Assembly: GCA_964016885.1 (NCBI GenBank)
Contig: CAXHJY010000669.1
Location: 1 to 64,000, forward strand
Direction of reading: 5' to 3'
Length of the DNA: 64,000 bases
Origin: Eledone cirrhosa
Taxonomy: Eukaryota
The notes under the pieces are model-generated. The model made no database searches, was not told the DNA's origin, and saw only the letters and a list, made by a program, of their open reading frames with translations. Both the position numbers and the translations under genes were made by a program. Shown piece by piece: positions 24,495-36,790 of this stretch (the first letter of the stretch is position 1; each line of letters opens with the position of its first letter).

Positions 24495-24914
24495 TGTAGT
24501 AAGACACCTCACGCCTCCTGGCGGATAATAGAACAACCCTAGTTATCTCCCCCTGGTTGAGAACAAGAGAGGTAAACAGACAGCCACTAGAAAGCAGACG
24601 GAACACACGCCACAGTGCCACGAAACGATAAACAGCCAAGGGAACAGCAAACAGCAAACCCCACAATACTTTTGTAATTGTAATTCATCACAACTGACCG
24701 CGTCTATATTTGGTATGTTTCATTTGTAATATAATAAACACACATAAACATCACCATTATTTACAATTGTTGAATATAACTCTCGTTGTGGTTATTGTCT
24801 TGTTTACGCACACACCCACTCACTTTGTTATAATTCTCACTTACAAAAATGGTAAATAGACGAGGGACCTTCCCTCACGTCTATGTCGATAAACAATCCA
24901 ACTAGGATACTACA
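24495..24914 (+). repeat. 5' LTR
   Basis: TGTAGTAAGAC...GATACTACA; direct repeat of 29702-30125 with a few indels. The end could alternatively be 24924 (CCACA). Confidence 0.93.
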
Positions 24915-24925
24915 TTTTACCACAC

Positions 24926-24939
24926 TGGTGACCGACGTA
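24926..24939 (+). promoter_or_regulatory. Primer-binding site, tRNA-Trp type
   Basis: TGGTGACCGACGT resembles the complement of the metazoan tRNA-Trp 3' end (TGGTGACCCCGACGT) with two C missing. Confidence 0.75.
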
Positions 24940-24941
24940 AG

Positions 24942-25040
24942 AATTTTACGCAGCCTTTTTATTCATTTGACTAATTAATTTTACGCAGCCTTTTTATTCA
25001 TTCGACTAATTAATTTTACGCAGCCTTTTTATTCAGTTGA
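24942..25040 (+). repeat. 35-bp tandem repeat (about 2.8 copies) in the Gypsy 5' leader
   Basis: AATTTTACGCAGCCTTTTTATTCA at 24942, 24977 and 25012. Confidence 0.9.
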
Positions 25041-25546
25041 ACTTCACTGTTATTGCCACGTTGCCAACCTTTCGCAACTTACGAAAATACAAAATTTCCA
25101 CCAGGACAGGGACATTTTGGAATTGCGTGTGTGTTCCATATTTGATCAAGGGAAAAAAACTTTTTTGTGAACATTACTGCCCCGCAGGGTATATACATGC
25201 CTTACTTTTTTTTAAGGGATTTTTAGCCACTGGCTACCTATTGTTGATATCCAACGTGGATATATTCTAAAACAAACATTTTTTTTTTTTCTCTTTTTCA
25301 CCTTATTTGATTTGGCTGGCTCGTTGAAGCAACACAAGGGGACAGACGTTGAAGGAAAATTTTTTTTTTTTTTTTAAATATATGTATTTTATGTATTTTT
25401 CCTATTTCCTAATGTTTTGAATGTCTGTTTCTTTTTGACCTTTCATTTTTTCTCAATTTTGGCTGTTTGCTTTTCACTGTGCGAGGGTACATTAATTGCT
25501 GTTTATATATATATATATATTTTTTTTAAATTTTAAACGTTTTACC

Positions 25547-26327
25547 ATGAATGCGCCACATTTGCCCGCCTTTACCGGAAAACCTAAGCTGTGGTTTGCC
25601 GAGTTACAGGCGTATTTTACGGTCTGTAAGACCGAGTCTGACCAACGTCTCGCTGTCTTGATTAGCGGACTTCCCCCTAATCTAGCAGATTCGGTCCAAG
25701 ATCTAATTACAGACCCCCCCCCCCTCTGACTTAATGTATGAGTCTTTGAAAGGCGAGATTTTGAGAAGGAACTGTAAGTCGGTAGAGAGTCGTTTTCGGT
25801 CATTCATCGAGGACGAACGATTAGGTGACAGGACCCCTACCGCTTTTCTCCGGCATTTGCGGGATTTGAGCGATTCCCAAGATCAGGATAGTCCTTTCCT
25901 GAAGCAATTGTTCTTCTCTCGCCTACCTCAAGAGGTACAGGCGATCCTAGCCCATATGCTAGAGGTAAATACCCTCAACCACATTGCTGTCTCTGCTGAC
26001 AAAATTGTAGAGGTGACGAAGAGAGACACTTCAAAGCCAAAGTACGTTGCTTCTTCTTCTCTTCCTCAATCACGCTCATCAGCGAGTGATGAGAAATTAG
26101 TCACCACAATGGAAGCCATGACTCGTCAAATGGCGGAGTTGTGCCAGGAATTCAGGTCTTTTGGACGGCAGAGGAGCCGCTCACGAACTTATTCAACTCC
26201 TCGCTACCATAGCCCTTCCAAAACAACAAAACCACCATATTGTTATTACCATGACAAATATGGTGACAAAGCCGCCCGTTGTAGGCCTCCTTGTGCTTAC
26301 ATGGGAAACGACGACCAAAGTCACTAA
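25547..26327 (+). pseudogene. gag: Gypsy gag with C-terminal CHCC zinc motif
   Basis: MNAPHLPAFTGKPKLWFAELQAYF... then a frameshift at the C11 run 25714-25724; continues LGDRTPTAFLRHLR...CYYHDKYGDKAARCRPPC. Confidence 0.88.
26303..26309 (+). promoter_or_regulatory. Probable -1 ribosomal frameshift site G GGA AAC at the gag/pol overlap
   Basis: X XXY YYZ heptamer in gag phase (ATG GGA AAC). The -1 frame reads GKRRPKS...FLVDTGA, the protease. Confidence 0.75.
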
Positions 26328-29300
26328 CGGCGGATAGTGCGCTCTGTGAAACATCATCCAACCGCCACTTTTTCATTGAGGACCTGCTATCAGGTAGAGC
26401 CTTTCTGGTGGACACAGGTGCAGTTTGTTCAGTATGGCCTGTGTGTTGTATGAAGGAGACTCCCCCTGAGACACCTATTGAGTTGCAGGCAGTAAATTGT
26501 TTGCCGATTTGAACCTTCGGACAAATCTCGCTACCTTTGCAGTTCCGTAACCTGCGGCGTGAATTTAAATGGATATTTACTGTCGCTGCCTTGCCGTATC
26601 CGATCCTAGGCGCAGATTTTCTCCACCATTTTACATTGACGGTGGACCTCCGTCGTAAACGCCTAATTGACGGCATCACTGGTTTAACTGTTGTTGGCAA
26701 GGCAGCAGGAGTTCCAACGGTTAGCCTGACCTTTTTTCTTGCTAACACCGGTGATACTTACCATGCGTTGTTGAACTCGTTCCCGCAACTGACTCAGGGA
26801 AATTTTCGAGTTGATGAGCCAACTCATACCACGGAGCACTTCATAACTACAACTGGTGCTCCCGTTTTTTCTCGTCCTCGTCGCTTGCCTCCGGACAAAC
26901 TCAAAGCAGCACAATCAGAGTTTGATCATATGCTGCAGTTGGGGTTATTCGTCCGTCCACGAGCCCGTGGGTGTCCCCATTACACATGGTACCGAAAGCG
27001 ACTGGCGATTGGAGACCTACTGGAGATTATCGACGCCTAAATTCGATAACGGAACCGGACCGTTATCCTATCCCTCATCTGCAAGACTTTGCGTCTTCGT
27101 TGCAGGGATGCAAGATATTCTCCAAACTGGATTTAATTCGTGCGTACCATCAAATTCCTGTCCATAAAAATGACATTCCAAAAACGGCTATAGTTATGCC
27201 ATTTGGGTCATTTGAGTTTTTGACCATGCCATTCGGATTAAGGAATGCCGCTAGTACGTTTCAGCGGTTTGTGGATGAGGTTACTCGTGGCCTCGATTTC
27301 GTCTATACCTATATTGACGACCTGCTCATTGTTAGTTCTTCTCAAGAGCAACATACGCACCATTTGAATCTTCTTTTCCGCCGATTGAAGGCGTATAACA
27401 TGCAGATTAATGCACCCAAATGTGTTTTTGGTGCTGAGTCACTGACTTTCTCGGGTCACGTCATCGACGCTGACGGTATTCGACCCCGGCCTGAGCGAGT
27501 TAAGGTCATAGAGGATTTGCCTCCACCGACCTCACTATGTCAGTTACGCCAGTTCTTAGGCCTGATTAACTTTTATAGGCGTTTCGTGCCAAATTGTGCA
27601 AGATTGCTTTTCTCCCTGACAGAAATTTAAAAAAATTGTCGGAAGAAGAACAAAGACATTTCATTGACAGACACTCAACTTGCTGATTTTCAGCACGCCA
27701 AAACTGCTTTGGCTAATGCTTCGTTACCGACTCACCCGGTACCCGGTGCAAAGCTAACGCTTTGTGTTGATGCATCGGATATCGCTGTGGGCGCAGTGCT
27801 ACAGCAAAACATCAATGGTTACCAGCAACCGCTGGAGTTTTTTTCCAGAAAGCTGAAACCTGCTGAGACGCGCTACAGCACCTTTGGAAGAGAGCTTTTG
27901 GCCATCTATTTGGCCGTGAAACATTTTTCACATATGCTAGAGGGTAGACTGTTTGCTATCCTCACCAACCATAAACCATTGACTTTTGCGTTGAGAGCGA
28001 AGGCTGATAAATACTCGCCCAGAGAGACGAGACACCTTGATTTCATCTCGCAATATACGAGTGATATCCAACACATTCCGGGTTCACTAAATACAGCGGC
28101 CGATGCTTTGTTCCGCTTACCCGTAACAGCGATCTCGTCACCCTCTGACATAGATCTGACTCGTTTGGCTGCGGATCATCCTCCCCTTGAGTCATTGGAT
28201 GTTACATCGCCTGAGTTTGCAAATTGCGAGATGAAATACTTGCCTCTGTCGACTGCAGTTGGCCAAATTCTCTGCGACGTCTCTTTGGACGTGCCTATGC
28301 CCTTCGTTCCAGAGAATCATCGTCGGACCGTGTTTCTGGCATTACATGGTTTCTCGCATCCAGGATCTTCTGCCACAACAAAGCTCATATCAGCTAGATT
28401 TTTCTGGCCAAATATGAGGCGTGAAATTGCTGCTTGGTGCCGTTCCCGTGTCGCTTGCCAGAAATCAAAGGTCCATCGACATGTCAAGGCTCCCCTGGGT
28501 ACCTTTACTAACCCAGATGCGCGTTTTTCGCACATTCATATTGATATAGTGGGACCTTGGCCTGTCAGCGATGGTTATTCTTATCTGCTGAACATAATTG
28601 ACCGTTTTTCGAGATGGCCTGAAGCCATCCCCTTGAAAAACATCACCGCTGAGACAACAGCACATGCTCTTGTGTCTGGATGGATCTCTCGTTATGGAGT
28701 TCCATCCACAATAACTACCGACCATGGACGACAGTTCGAGTCGAGCCTTTTCCTCGAACTGTCAAAATTAATTGGTGCTAAACGCATCAGAACTACGGCG
28801 TACCATCCCGCTTCGAATGGTATGGTAGAGCGTTTTCACCGACAACTGAAGGCCTCCTTAATGGCCTCAATGAACTCGGCGCATTGGAGCGAGTACCTCC
28901 CTATTGTGCTACTAGGGATTCGGTCAGCGGTGAAGGTCGACTTTGGATTTTCACCGGCCGAAGTACTGTACGGTGCCCCACTGACGTTGCCCGGGCAAAT
29001 GCTTGCCCCTATCGATCTTGATGCCCAAGATCACGCTTCCTACATGTCCTGTTTGCGCTCCTATTTCCAGGATTTGCCGCCAATGGGCACTAGGAAACAA
29101 ACTGTCAAGACTGCTGTCCCGAGGGATGTTGCCTCGTGGATGCATGTCTTTGTAAGGAAAGATTCTGTGAAGTCCCCGCTCACACAGCCTTACACTGGAC
29201 TTTACCGTGTCTTAGCGCGCTCGGCTAAGTATTTCACTTTAGATATTAAAGGGTCCAGGGAGACAGTTACAATAGACAGGCTTAAGCAGGCACACCTTGA

Positions 29301-29484
29301 CACGGACGCTGTGGTTCCTGATCAACGAACCCCTTCGTATTTGCCTGTTGAGCGAACACCTGTTCCTGAACCACCATCATCGCCTGTCCCTACACCACCA
29401 CCATCGCCACGTTATAAGACCACGACCCGTTCAGGTCGTAGGGTCCACTGGCCCAAAAGATTTTGCAACACCGTCTATATTTAG
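26303..29484 (+). pseudogene. pol: Gypsy pol (protease, RT, RNase H, integrase)
   Basis: LVDTGA and ILGADFL protease; [20 protein letters not shown]; VDAS, RELLA RNase H; H..SH..C zinc remnant, HIDIVGP, NGMVER integrase. Stops at 26510 and 27628, frameshift near 26950. Confidence 0.95.
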
Positions 29485-29689
29485 ACTGTTAGCTGCACCT
29501 TTTTTTTGCTTCTGTGTTTCTGCTTTTTCTTTGCCTTGTTTTTCATGCATGTTGTTTTTTTTTAACATTTTTCAAATCCTTATTTTGGATTTAATGATTG
29601 GTAGAGCGAATTGCTTCCCCTTGTTGCATTGCTCGCCATCTTACTCCACGTGTGAGTAATAACATCGATTTTCGATGATTTGAAAATCT

Positions 29690-29701
29690 GGCAGGGGATA
29701 C
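29690..29701 (+). promoter_or_regulatory. Polypurine tract
   Basis: GGCAGGGGATAC directly before the 3' LTR. Confidence 0.7.
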
Positions 29702-30125
29702 TGTAGTAAGACGCCTCACGCCTCCTGGCGGATAATAGAACAACCCTAGTTATCTCCCCCTGGTTGAGAACAAGAGAGGTAAACAGACAGCCACTAGAAA
29801 GCAGACGGAACACACGCCACAGAAAACAGCCTCTGTGCCACGAAATGATAAACAGCCAAGGGAACAGCAAACAGCAAACCCCACAATGCTTTTGTAATTG
29901 TAATTCACCATAACTGACCGCGTCTATATTTGGTATGTTTCATTTGTAATATAATAAACACATATAAACAAAATAAACATCACCATTATTTACAATTGTT
30001 GAATATAACTCTCGTTGTGGTTATTGTCTTGTTTACCCACACACCCACTCACTTTGTTATAATTCTCACTTACAAAAATGGTAAATAGACGAGGGACCTT
30101 CCCTCACGTCTATGTCGATACTACA
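29702..30125 (+). repeat. 3' LTR
   Basis: TGTAGTAAGAC...GTCGATACTACA followed by (TA)n. Confidence 0.95.
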
Positions 30126-31109
30126 TATATATATATATATATATACACACACATATATATCTAAACTGATAAATCTACATCCTAATCACTAGGACTTATC
30201 TAAAGAGTCAAAAAGTACTTTAGCTCTGTTTGTGTATTTTCGATAACACTGTTGGTACACACACACACACACACATACTATACTACTCCCCAGCATTGTT
30301 TTTAAGACACAAAGCCAAACATTTTCATTTGGAGGTGGATAGAGGAGAGATTGATAGTATAACTCATTAATTTAACCCCAGTAGTACTTGGCTGGTACCA
30401 ACTGAAGCAGGATGAAAGACAAAGTAAACTAGTAAGAACATAAAAACAACTAAATGGTGCAAGATATTTCGTCCATCAAACTATCAATTATACCATCAAC
30501 AGCACTAACAACAACAATAATTTATTGTATTTGCCACAAGGGCATCAGATTTCTTTTATCTGCACATTGACACAGATTTATAGAGAAGGGAGAGAGGATA
30601 TAGTTAATTGGATGTGATATAACATCTAACCCATGCTAGCGTGGAAAATGGATGTTAAACGATGATGATGATAGGTGTCTCCAAGGAACCAGTCTTTGGC
30701 AATGAGAGATGAATAATAAAATCAAAGCCATGCACTACTGCAATAAATATAATTTATTGTTTAAACAATGATAACAACATAATGACAGATATCCGTGAAA
30801 AGGTGATAAGTCATTGATTTAAGGATGGATTAAAGAGATAATGTGTCACTGATGCCCTTTCAAATGGCAGGAGCAGTATAAACAAAATCACTTGAAATAT
30901 ATGCATCTGGGAATCAAATAGATTAAAAGCCTTTGAGCATATTTAGACACTCTCGTAGAAAAAACATAAAACTAGTGATGAAGAACTAAAAATAGTAAAA
31001 TTTAGCATTTTATTCCCCACCATCAAAAACAGAAAAATAAAATACTTAGGAAATTTAATTAGGAGAAAAATTATGGAGACCATTAATAGAAAGCAAAATA
31101 AATGGTGAA

Positions 31110-31520
31110 AGATGGAGAGGAAAAGCAAGAATTACATGGATGGATAATATCAAGAATTAGATAGGCAACCACTGCATTTTTCATGACAGTCACTGTCGAG
31201 AACTCAGGCGTCCTCACTTCTCAGGCTGCTATTTTCATCTGTAAAATTGGGAGGAGTGCATCCTACCTGAGGAAAGTACCCTGTCAGGAGGAGTGGCTGA
31301 TGCAGCTGATGTTGCTGGCTGTATTCTACAGTAATGCTTTTACCATCTTGTCTGCAGAGCAAAGCAGAACTATACCATTTAGACAGAGGGTATAGAACCA
31401 GCACCTCCTCCCTTACCTCATCTCCTTAGTTTCAGTATTTAATTTTTTAATTTTTCTTCCTCTTTATTATGTGTAATAGTTATGTAAATAAAAACACTAC
31501 TTGAAATAATAAAAAAAAAA
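31110..31520 (+). mobile_element. Second CRE-like REL 3' remnant
   Basis: VTVENSGVLTSQAAIFICKIGRSASYLRK...EWLMQLMLLAVFYSNAFTILSA aligns by eye to the 22.9-kb remnant; ends in AATAAA and an A-rich tail. Confidence 0.65.
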
Positions 31521-33974
31521 TAAAATATAATCAACTGCATAAGAAAGACTCAGATGGTGCTTTATACTTATTCAACTTACTGAAAGCAGATAATACCTGG
31601 CAATGAAATATATGGAAAGGCAGAATGTCGAGATGGATATATCCTACTGCACAGCACATGCTTACATGGTGGGTAATATTTACAAAGCTAAAAGAAAACA
31701 TTATTTCTATAACTGGAGAGAGGAATAATGAAACAAGTTTTTTTTATAAAATTATAGAAAACCGATTTTCAACTCTTAACTTAGTAATATAAAGGAAAAA
31801 CCTTTTATTATAATGAAATTCTATAATATACTGCAGATATAACAACAATAGTCGGAGTATTTAACATTTATTTTCTAAATTTTTGCAAAAAATATATAAA
31901 ATTGTAATAGTCTTCTTTTTCAATACTTCTATAGAATGTGAAATAAAGTTTTCAGTTTATAGTTTTGACATTTAAAATGTTATCAAATACGAACCCGAGT
32001 TCATATTACCAGCAACATATACACAGATACATACACCCTCACAAATACATGCACACACATGGAGACATATATGTGTGTGTGTATTCATGAGAGAGAATGA
32101 GACATAATAGGATGTGACAGATAGGACAAACACAAAGGATACAAACACAATTTAATAACAGCTGTTTTTCTTTCTGTAGACTAAATCAAGGCTTTAAATG
32201 AATTATTTATATTGCTATTGAAAATTAATTTTAACATTTAATGCATTTCGAAATGCATTTTTGAATTGCTATTTTTCTTTTCAAAATTTCTCCCAATCTC
32301 TCTCACTCTAATCCTCCTCTACCCCTTTCTTTATATATGTATATATGTGTGTGTGTGTGTGTGTGTGTGAATTTATTAAACACCAAAATAAGTTAAAGTT
32401 CAATGTGTTGTACAAAAATAAAAGAAAAACAAGAAAGAACATGCTAAACACAAAAATAAGAAGGTTTTATGGTTTTACTTAGAAAAGGATTATTTTTATT
32501 TTTTTTAAATAACAATTCAAGCAACTTTAAAATAGTGAATATTTTTCAACCAAATTCTCAGAGAAAACCAAGATTGGATTGTTTGAAATTCTATAAATAT
32601 GGCTGATACAATATTAACAGAAAAAAAATAATATACAACATTCAATTGGGAGAAAATTTGAAAAAAAAATTAAACAACAATTTAAAAAGATATTTCAAAA
32701 TGCATTATAATGCTGAAATTAATTTTGAAAAGCAATATGCCTTATTGTGTGGTTTATTAGATGTCCACCCTATTACAAGTCTCTATAAACCTTTCTACCT
32801 CCTATAAATTTAAAGTCAATGATGGGAGTTATGAGTTGAGAGTGTGGATTTCAAGCTAAAATTAAGGTGTTCAGCAGGTGAGTAATAGACCTATCGTATA
32901 TTTTAATCTACCCAGAAATAAAACCTAACCATATTTCTGTATCAAAATTACATATATTTGATTTAAATTTAGTTCACCATCCTCGTTTGTGATGAACTTG
33001 ACATGGTTAGTGAATGTTTGTCAGGAATAGTGAAGATTTCAGTGAAGTAAATATTACTTGGCATTAGGCCCTTATAATTTTTTCTGATTATTACCTTAAA
33101 AACCTGAGTATGTTTAATGTGTCCAAAGGCTTTTAGAAGCATTGAAATCATCATCATCATTTAATATCCACTTTCCAAGCTAGCAAGGGTCAGACGAATC
33201 TTCACAGTCTGAGTCAGTACTGAAACAGATCTACTGACCTCCCAGAGGGACTGAGGGTCTGCATCTAGTTTAAATGCAGTCGCATGCCCTAGCAAGGGCA
33301 TTTTTATCATGACACCAGTACTAGGGAGGTTGTAATGTTGACACAACTGAAGGAGCCTCCCAACCCTTTGTTTGGCCATCTGTCTATGACTAGATGCCCT
33401 TCCTAACACCAACCGCTTTACAGTATCATGTAGATCACCAACATCAGGGAGATTGTCATATCCTCGACATGAATGAAAGATCCTCTCAACCCTTTATTTT
33501 AGCAATCTTTCTATGGCTGGAGGCCCTTCCTATCACTGTACAGTGTAAAATATGGTAAATAACTTATTTTAAGTCCTGATGTACTATACAGAAAGAAAAA
33601 CAGCTGCTATTAAATTGTATTTATTCTATTTTCTGTATTTATCCTATTTTCTACATGACATTATTTCTTTCACACAAGTGTGTATGTGTGTGTATGCACA
33701 CATACATATGTATTGTTAAATACACCACTATATTTGAGTTATAACTTTTTTAATCAAATATTTCTCATATTTTTTATGAGTTATGTTGTTCATTTTGAAC
33801 AAGAAAGCTCCTAAATTCATAATTTAATTGTTTCTAGATTTTCACACTCTCATTATCAGGATGTGGAGTGTTACTGACTTATTTTTACTGCCTTGTTTAT
33901 TGTATTACCAACAACATTAATAGTTTTAGTGTTATTGTTTAACTTATTATCATTACTAGTATCAGTGGAGTGTT

Positions 33975-36790
33975 GGACACCATGCTTTGCTGCATAGATT
34001 TATGGTTTGAGTTCAAATTCTGCCGAGGTTAGCTTTGCCTTTCATCCTTACGGGGTCGATAAAATAAAGCACCAGTAATGCACTGGGATAATTGCTGGCC
34101 TTGTACCAAAAAGTAGAAACAATTATTATTATGGTGGTGATAGTGGTGGATTGGGATAGTCATTAGAGCATTGGATAAAATGTTTTAAAGTATTCATTCT
34201 GGCACTTTGATCTCAAATCAACTTTGCCCTTCATTCTTCTGAAGTAGGAAAGTCAAAATTAGAAACCATTATTGTTATTATTATTACTCTGAAGGGCGGT
34301 GGATTGGCAGCATCGGTAGAGGGTCGGATGCCATGCTTTAATGCATAGAGTTACGGCCCTTTACGGTCTGAGTTCAAATCCCACCAAGGTTAACTTTGCC
34401 TTTCATCCTTACAGGGTCGATAAAATAAAGTACCAGTAATGCACTGGGGGAGGGGGGGGGGGGTAATTGCTGGCCTTGAGCCAAAAGTAGAAACCATTAT
34501 TACTTTGAAAGGGAGGTGAGGGTGGAGAGAGAAATGCCCCCTCTATCAGTATATTTGTTACAAGATGAGTGAATGACTGGTCCAGGTGAATGGGCCTACT
34601 CTAAGCATGTGCCTCTAGGCTGGAAACAAGAAATGGGAGAGGTACTCATCAACAATGTCTTTAGTGATTGGGGTGATTCCACATCTGTGTGGCTCCTTAA
34701 TTACCCCCGCCCCGGGGGGGGGGAGGTGGCTGTTCTCACTCTAATGGGCAAGTCTGTTATTAATTTATTGTTGCAGTGGATTGGCAGTATTGGTAGAGTG
34801 TCAGTCACCATGCTGCACATCAGAGTTGTGTGGTCATTTATGTTCCGATTTCAAATCCCACAGAGGACAGCTTTGCTTTTCATCCTTCCACGGTCAATAA
34901 GATAAAGTACCAGTAAGACACTGAGGTTGATTTAACCAACTTTCCCTTCTGCCTAACTCAAAAACCATTAATTTATTGTTGCTTTGTTACCTACATTCTT
35001 TTTGTTTGTTTACATGTTTTATGTAAAACCCACTATTCTGGTTTAATTGTATTGTCCATAGTGATTGTGACCTCAGTGACCAATAAAGAAATTATTGTCA
35101 GGGCGGTTGATTGGCAGTATCGGTAGAGCATCAAACAAACTGTTTTGCAGTATTTAGTTACAACTTAAAGTACCAGTAATGCACTGGGTAATTGCTGGCC
35201 TTGTGCCTAAAGTAGAAACAAGTATTTAGTTACAACTTACTATGACTTTCATTCTTACGGGGATTGATAAAATCAAGTACCAGTAATGCACTAGGGTTGA
35301 TTTAATGGACTTTACCCTCCCCCAAAATGTTGGCCTTGTGCCTAAATCAGAAACCATTATTATTATTACTACTATGAGGGCAGTTGATTGGCAGTATCGG
35401 TAGAGGGTCAGACGCCATGCTTTGCAGCATAGAGTTACGGCCCTTTATGATCTGAGTTCAAATCCCGCCGAGGTTAACTTTGCCTTTCATCCTTACGGGG
35501 TCGATAAAATGAAGTACTAGTAATGTACTGGGTAATTGCTGGCCTTGTGCCAAAAGTAGAAACAATTATTACTACTAACATTTTCTTTGACAGTTTCATG
35601 TGGGTTTATAGTATATTATCTGGTGCACCTTTATGTTTCCTTGGGGAGGGGTGTTGGTGGGGTAAAGACTCATCCTATTAATGTACTGTTAGTCTTGTTT
35701 TGTATGAGGTTTAGATTGCAGGTCCTTTTGTTATCTCAATACTTGTTCTTTTGTGTATGGTGTGTGTGTAATGTGAGTTGTGTAATTTTATTGGGTATTA
35801 AATTTGTAGAATATATGTTGTGTGAGTTGAGGGTAATTTTATGGGGTGCTTACACTATAGGGTGTGTGATCTATGAAAGTTAGATATAGTGGCTTACACT
35901 TAGCTACAAACTTTTCTTGTAGAAGAAAGCATCTGATGTAATCCTTTCTGACAAACAAACACACATGCACACATATCATATCTCATTATACATATATAAG
36001 GCGGTGGATTGGCAGCATCGGTAGCGGGTCAAACGCCATGCTTTGACTCAGAGTTACGACCCTTGCCATTCTGAGTTCAAATCCCGCCAAAGTTAACTTT
36101 GCCTTTCATCCTTACGGGGTCGATAAAATAAAGTACCAGTAATGTACTGGGTGATTGCTGGCCTTGTGCCAAAAGTAGAAACAATTATACATATATAAGG
36201 CAGTTGATTGGCAGTATCGGTAGAGAGTCGGACACCATACTTTGATGCATAGAGTTACGTCCCTTTATGATCTGAGTTCAAATCCCGCCGAGGTTAACTT
36301 TGTCTTTCATCCTTACAGGGTCGATAAAATAAAGTACCAGTAATGTACTGGGTATTTGCTGGCCTTGTGCCAAAAGTAGAAACAATTATTTTTATTATAT
36401 ATGCTTTGCAGCACAGAGTTACGCCCCTTTATGATCTGAGTTCAAATCCCGCCAAGGTTAACTTTGCCTTTCATCCTTATGGGGTCGATAAAATAAAGTA
36501 CCAGTAATACACTGGGTAATTGCTGGCCTTGTGCCAAAAGTAGAAACAATTATACATATATAAGGGATGTAGATTGGCAATATTGGGAGAGTGTTGAATA
36601 ACATGCTTTACAGTATATAGTTACATCCCTTTACATTATGAGCTCAAATTCCACCGAGGTTAGCTTTGCCTTTCATCCATACGGTGTCGATAAAACAAAG
36701 CTCCAGTAATGCACTGGGGGTCGATTTAATTGACTTTCCTCATAACCCCAAAATGTTTGGCCTTATGTGTAAAGTAAATCAGAACCCATT
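33975..36790 (+). mobile_element. Co-oriented cluster of about 11 tRNA-derived SINE copies and fragments
   Basis: GGCGGTGGATTGGCAGCATCGGTAG (A-box-like)...GAGTTCAAATCCCGCC (B-box)...CTTTGCCTTTCATCCTTACGGGGTCGATAAAATAAAGTACCAG...GTAGAAACAATTA. Full copies start at about 34294, 35378, 35999, 36198 and 36563. Confidence 0.92.

Larger units (their letters stand above)
24495..30125 (+). mobile_element. Full-length Ty3/Gypsy LTR retrotransposon, CsRn1/Kabuki-like clade, inactivated
   Basis: LTRs begin TGTAGT (24495, 29702) and end ACTACA; tRNA-Trp-type PBS; polypurine tract; gag with CHCC motif; PR-RT-RH-IN order; inserted in (TA)n, consistent with a TATA target duplication. Confidence 0.96.

Noticed and set aside
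34294-34385. tRNA genes
   Set aside because: A/B-box-like heads belong to SINE copies; no cloverleaf could be formed.
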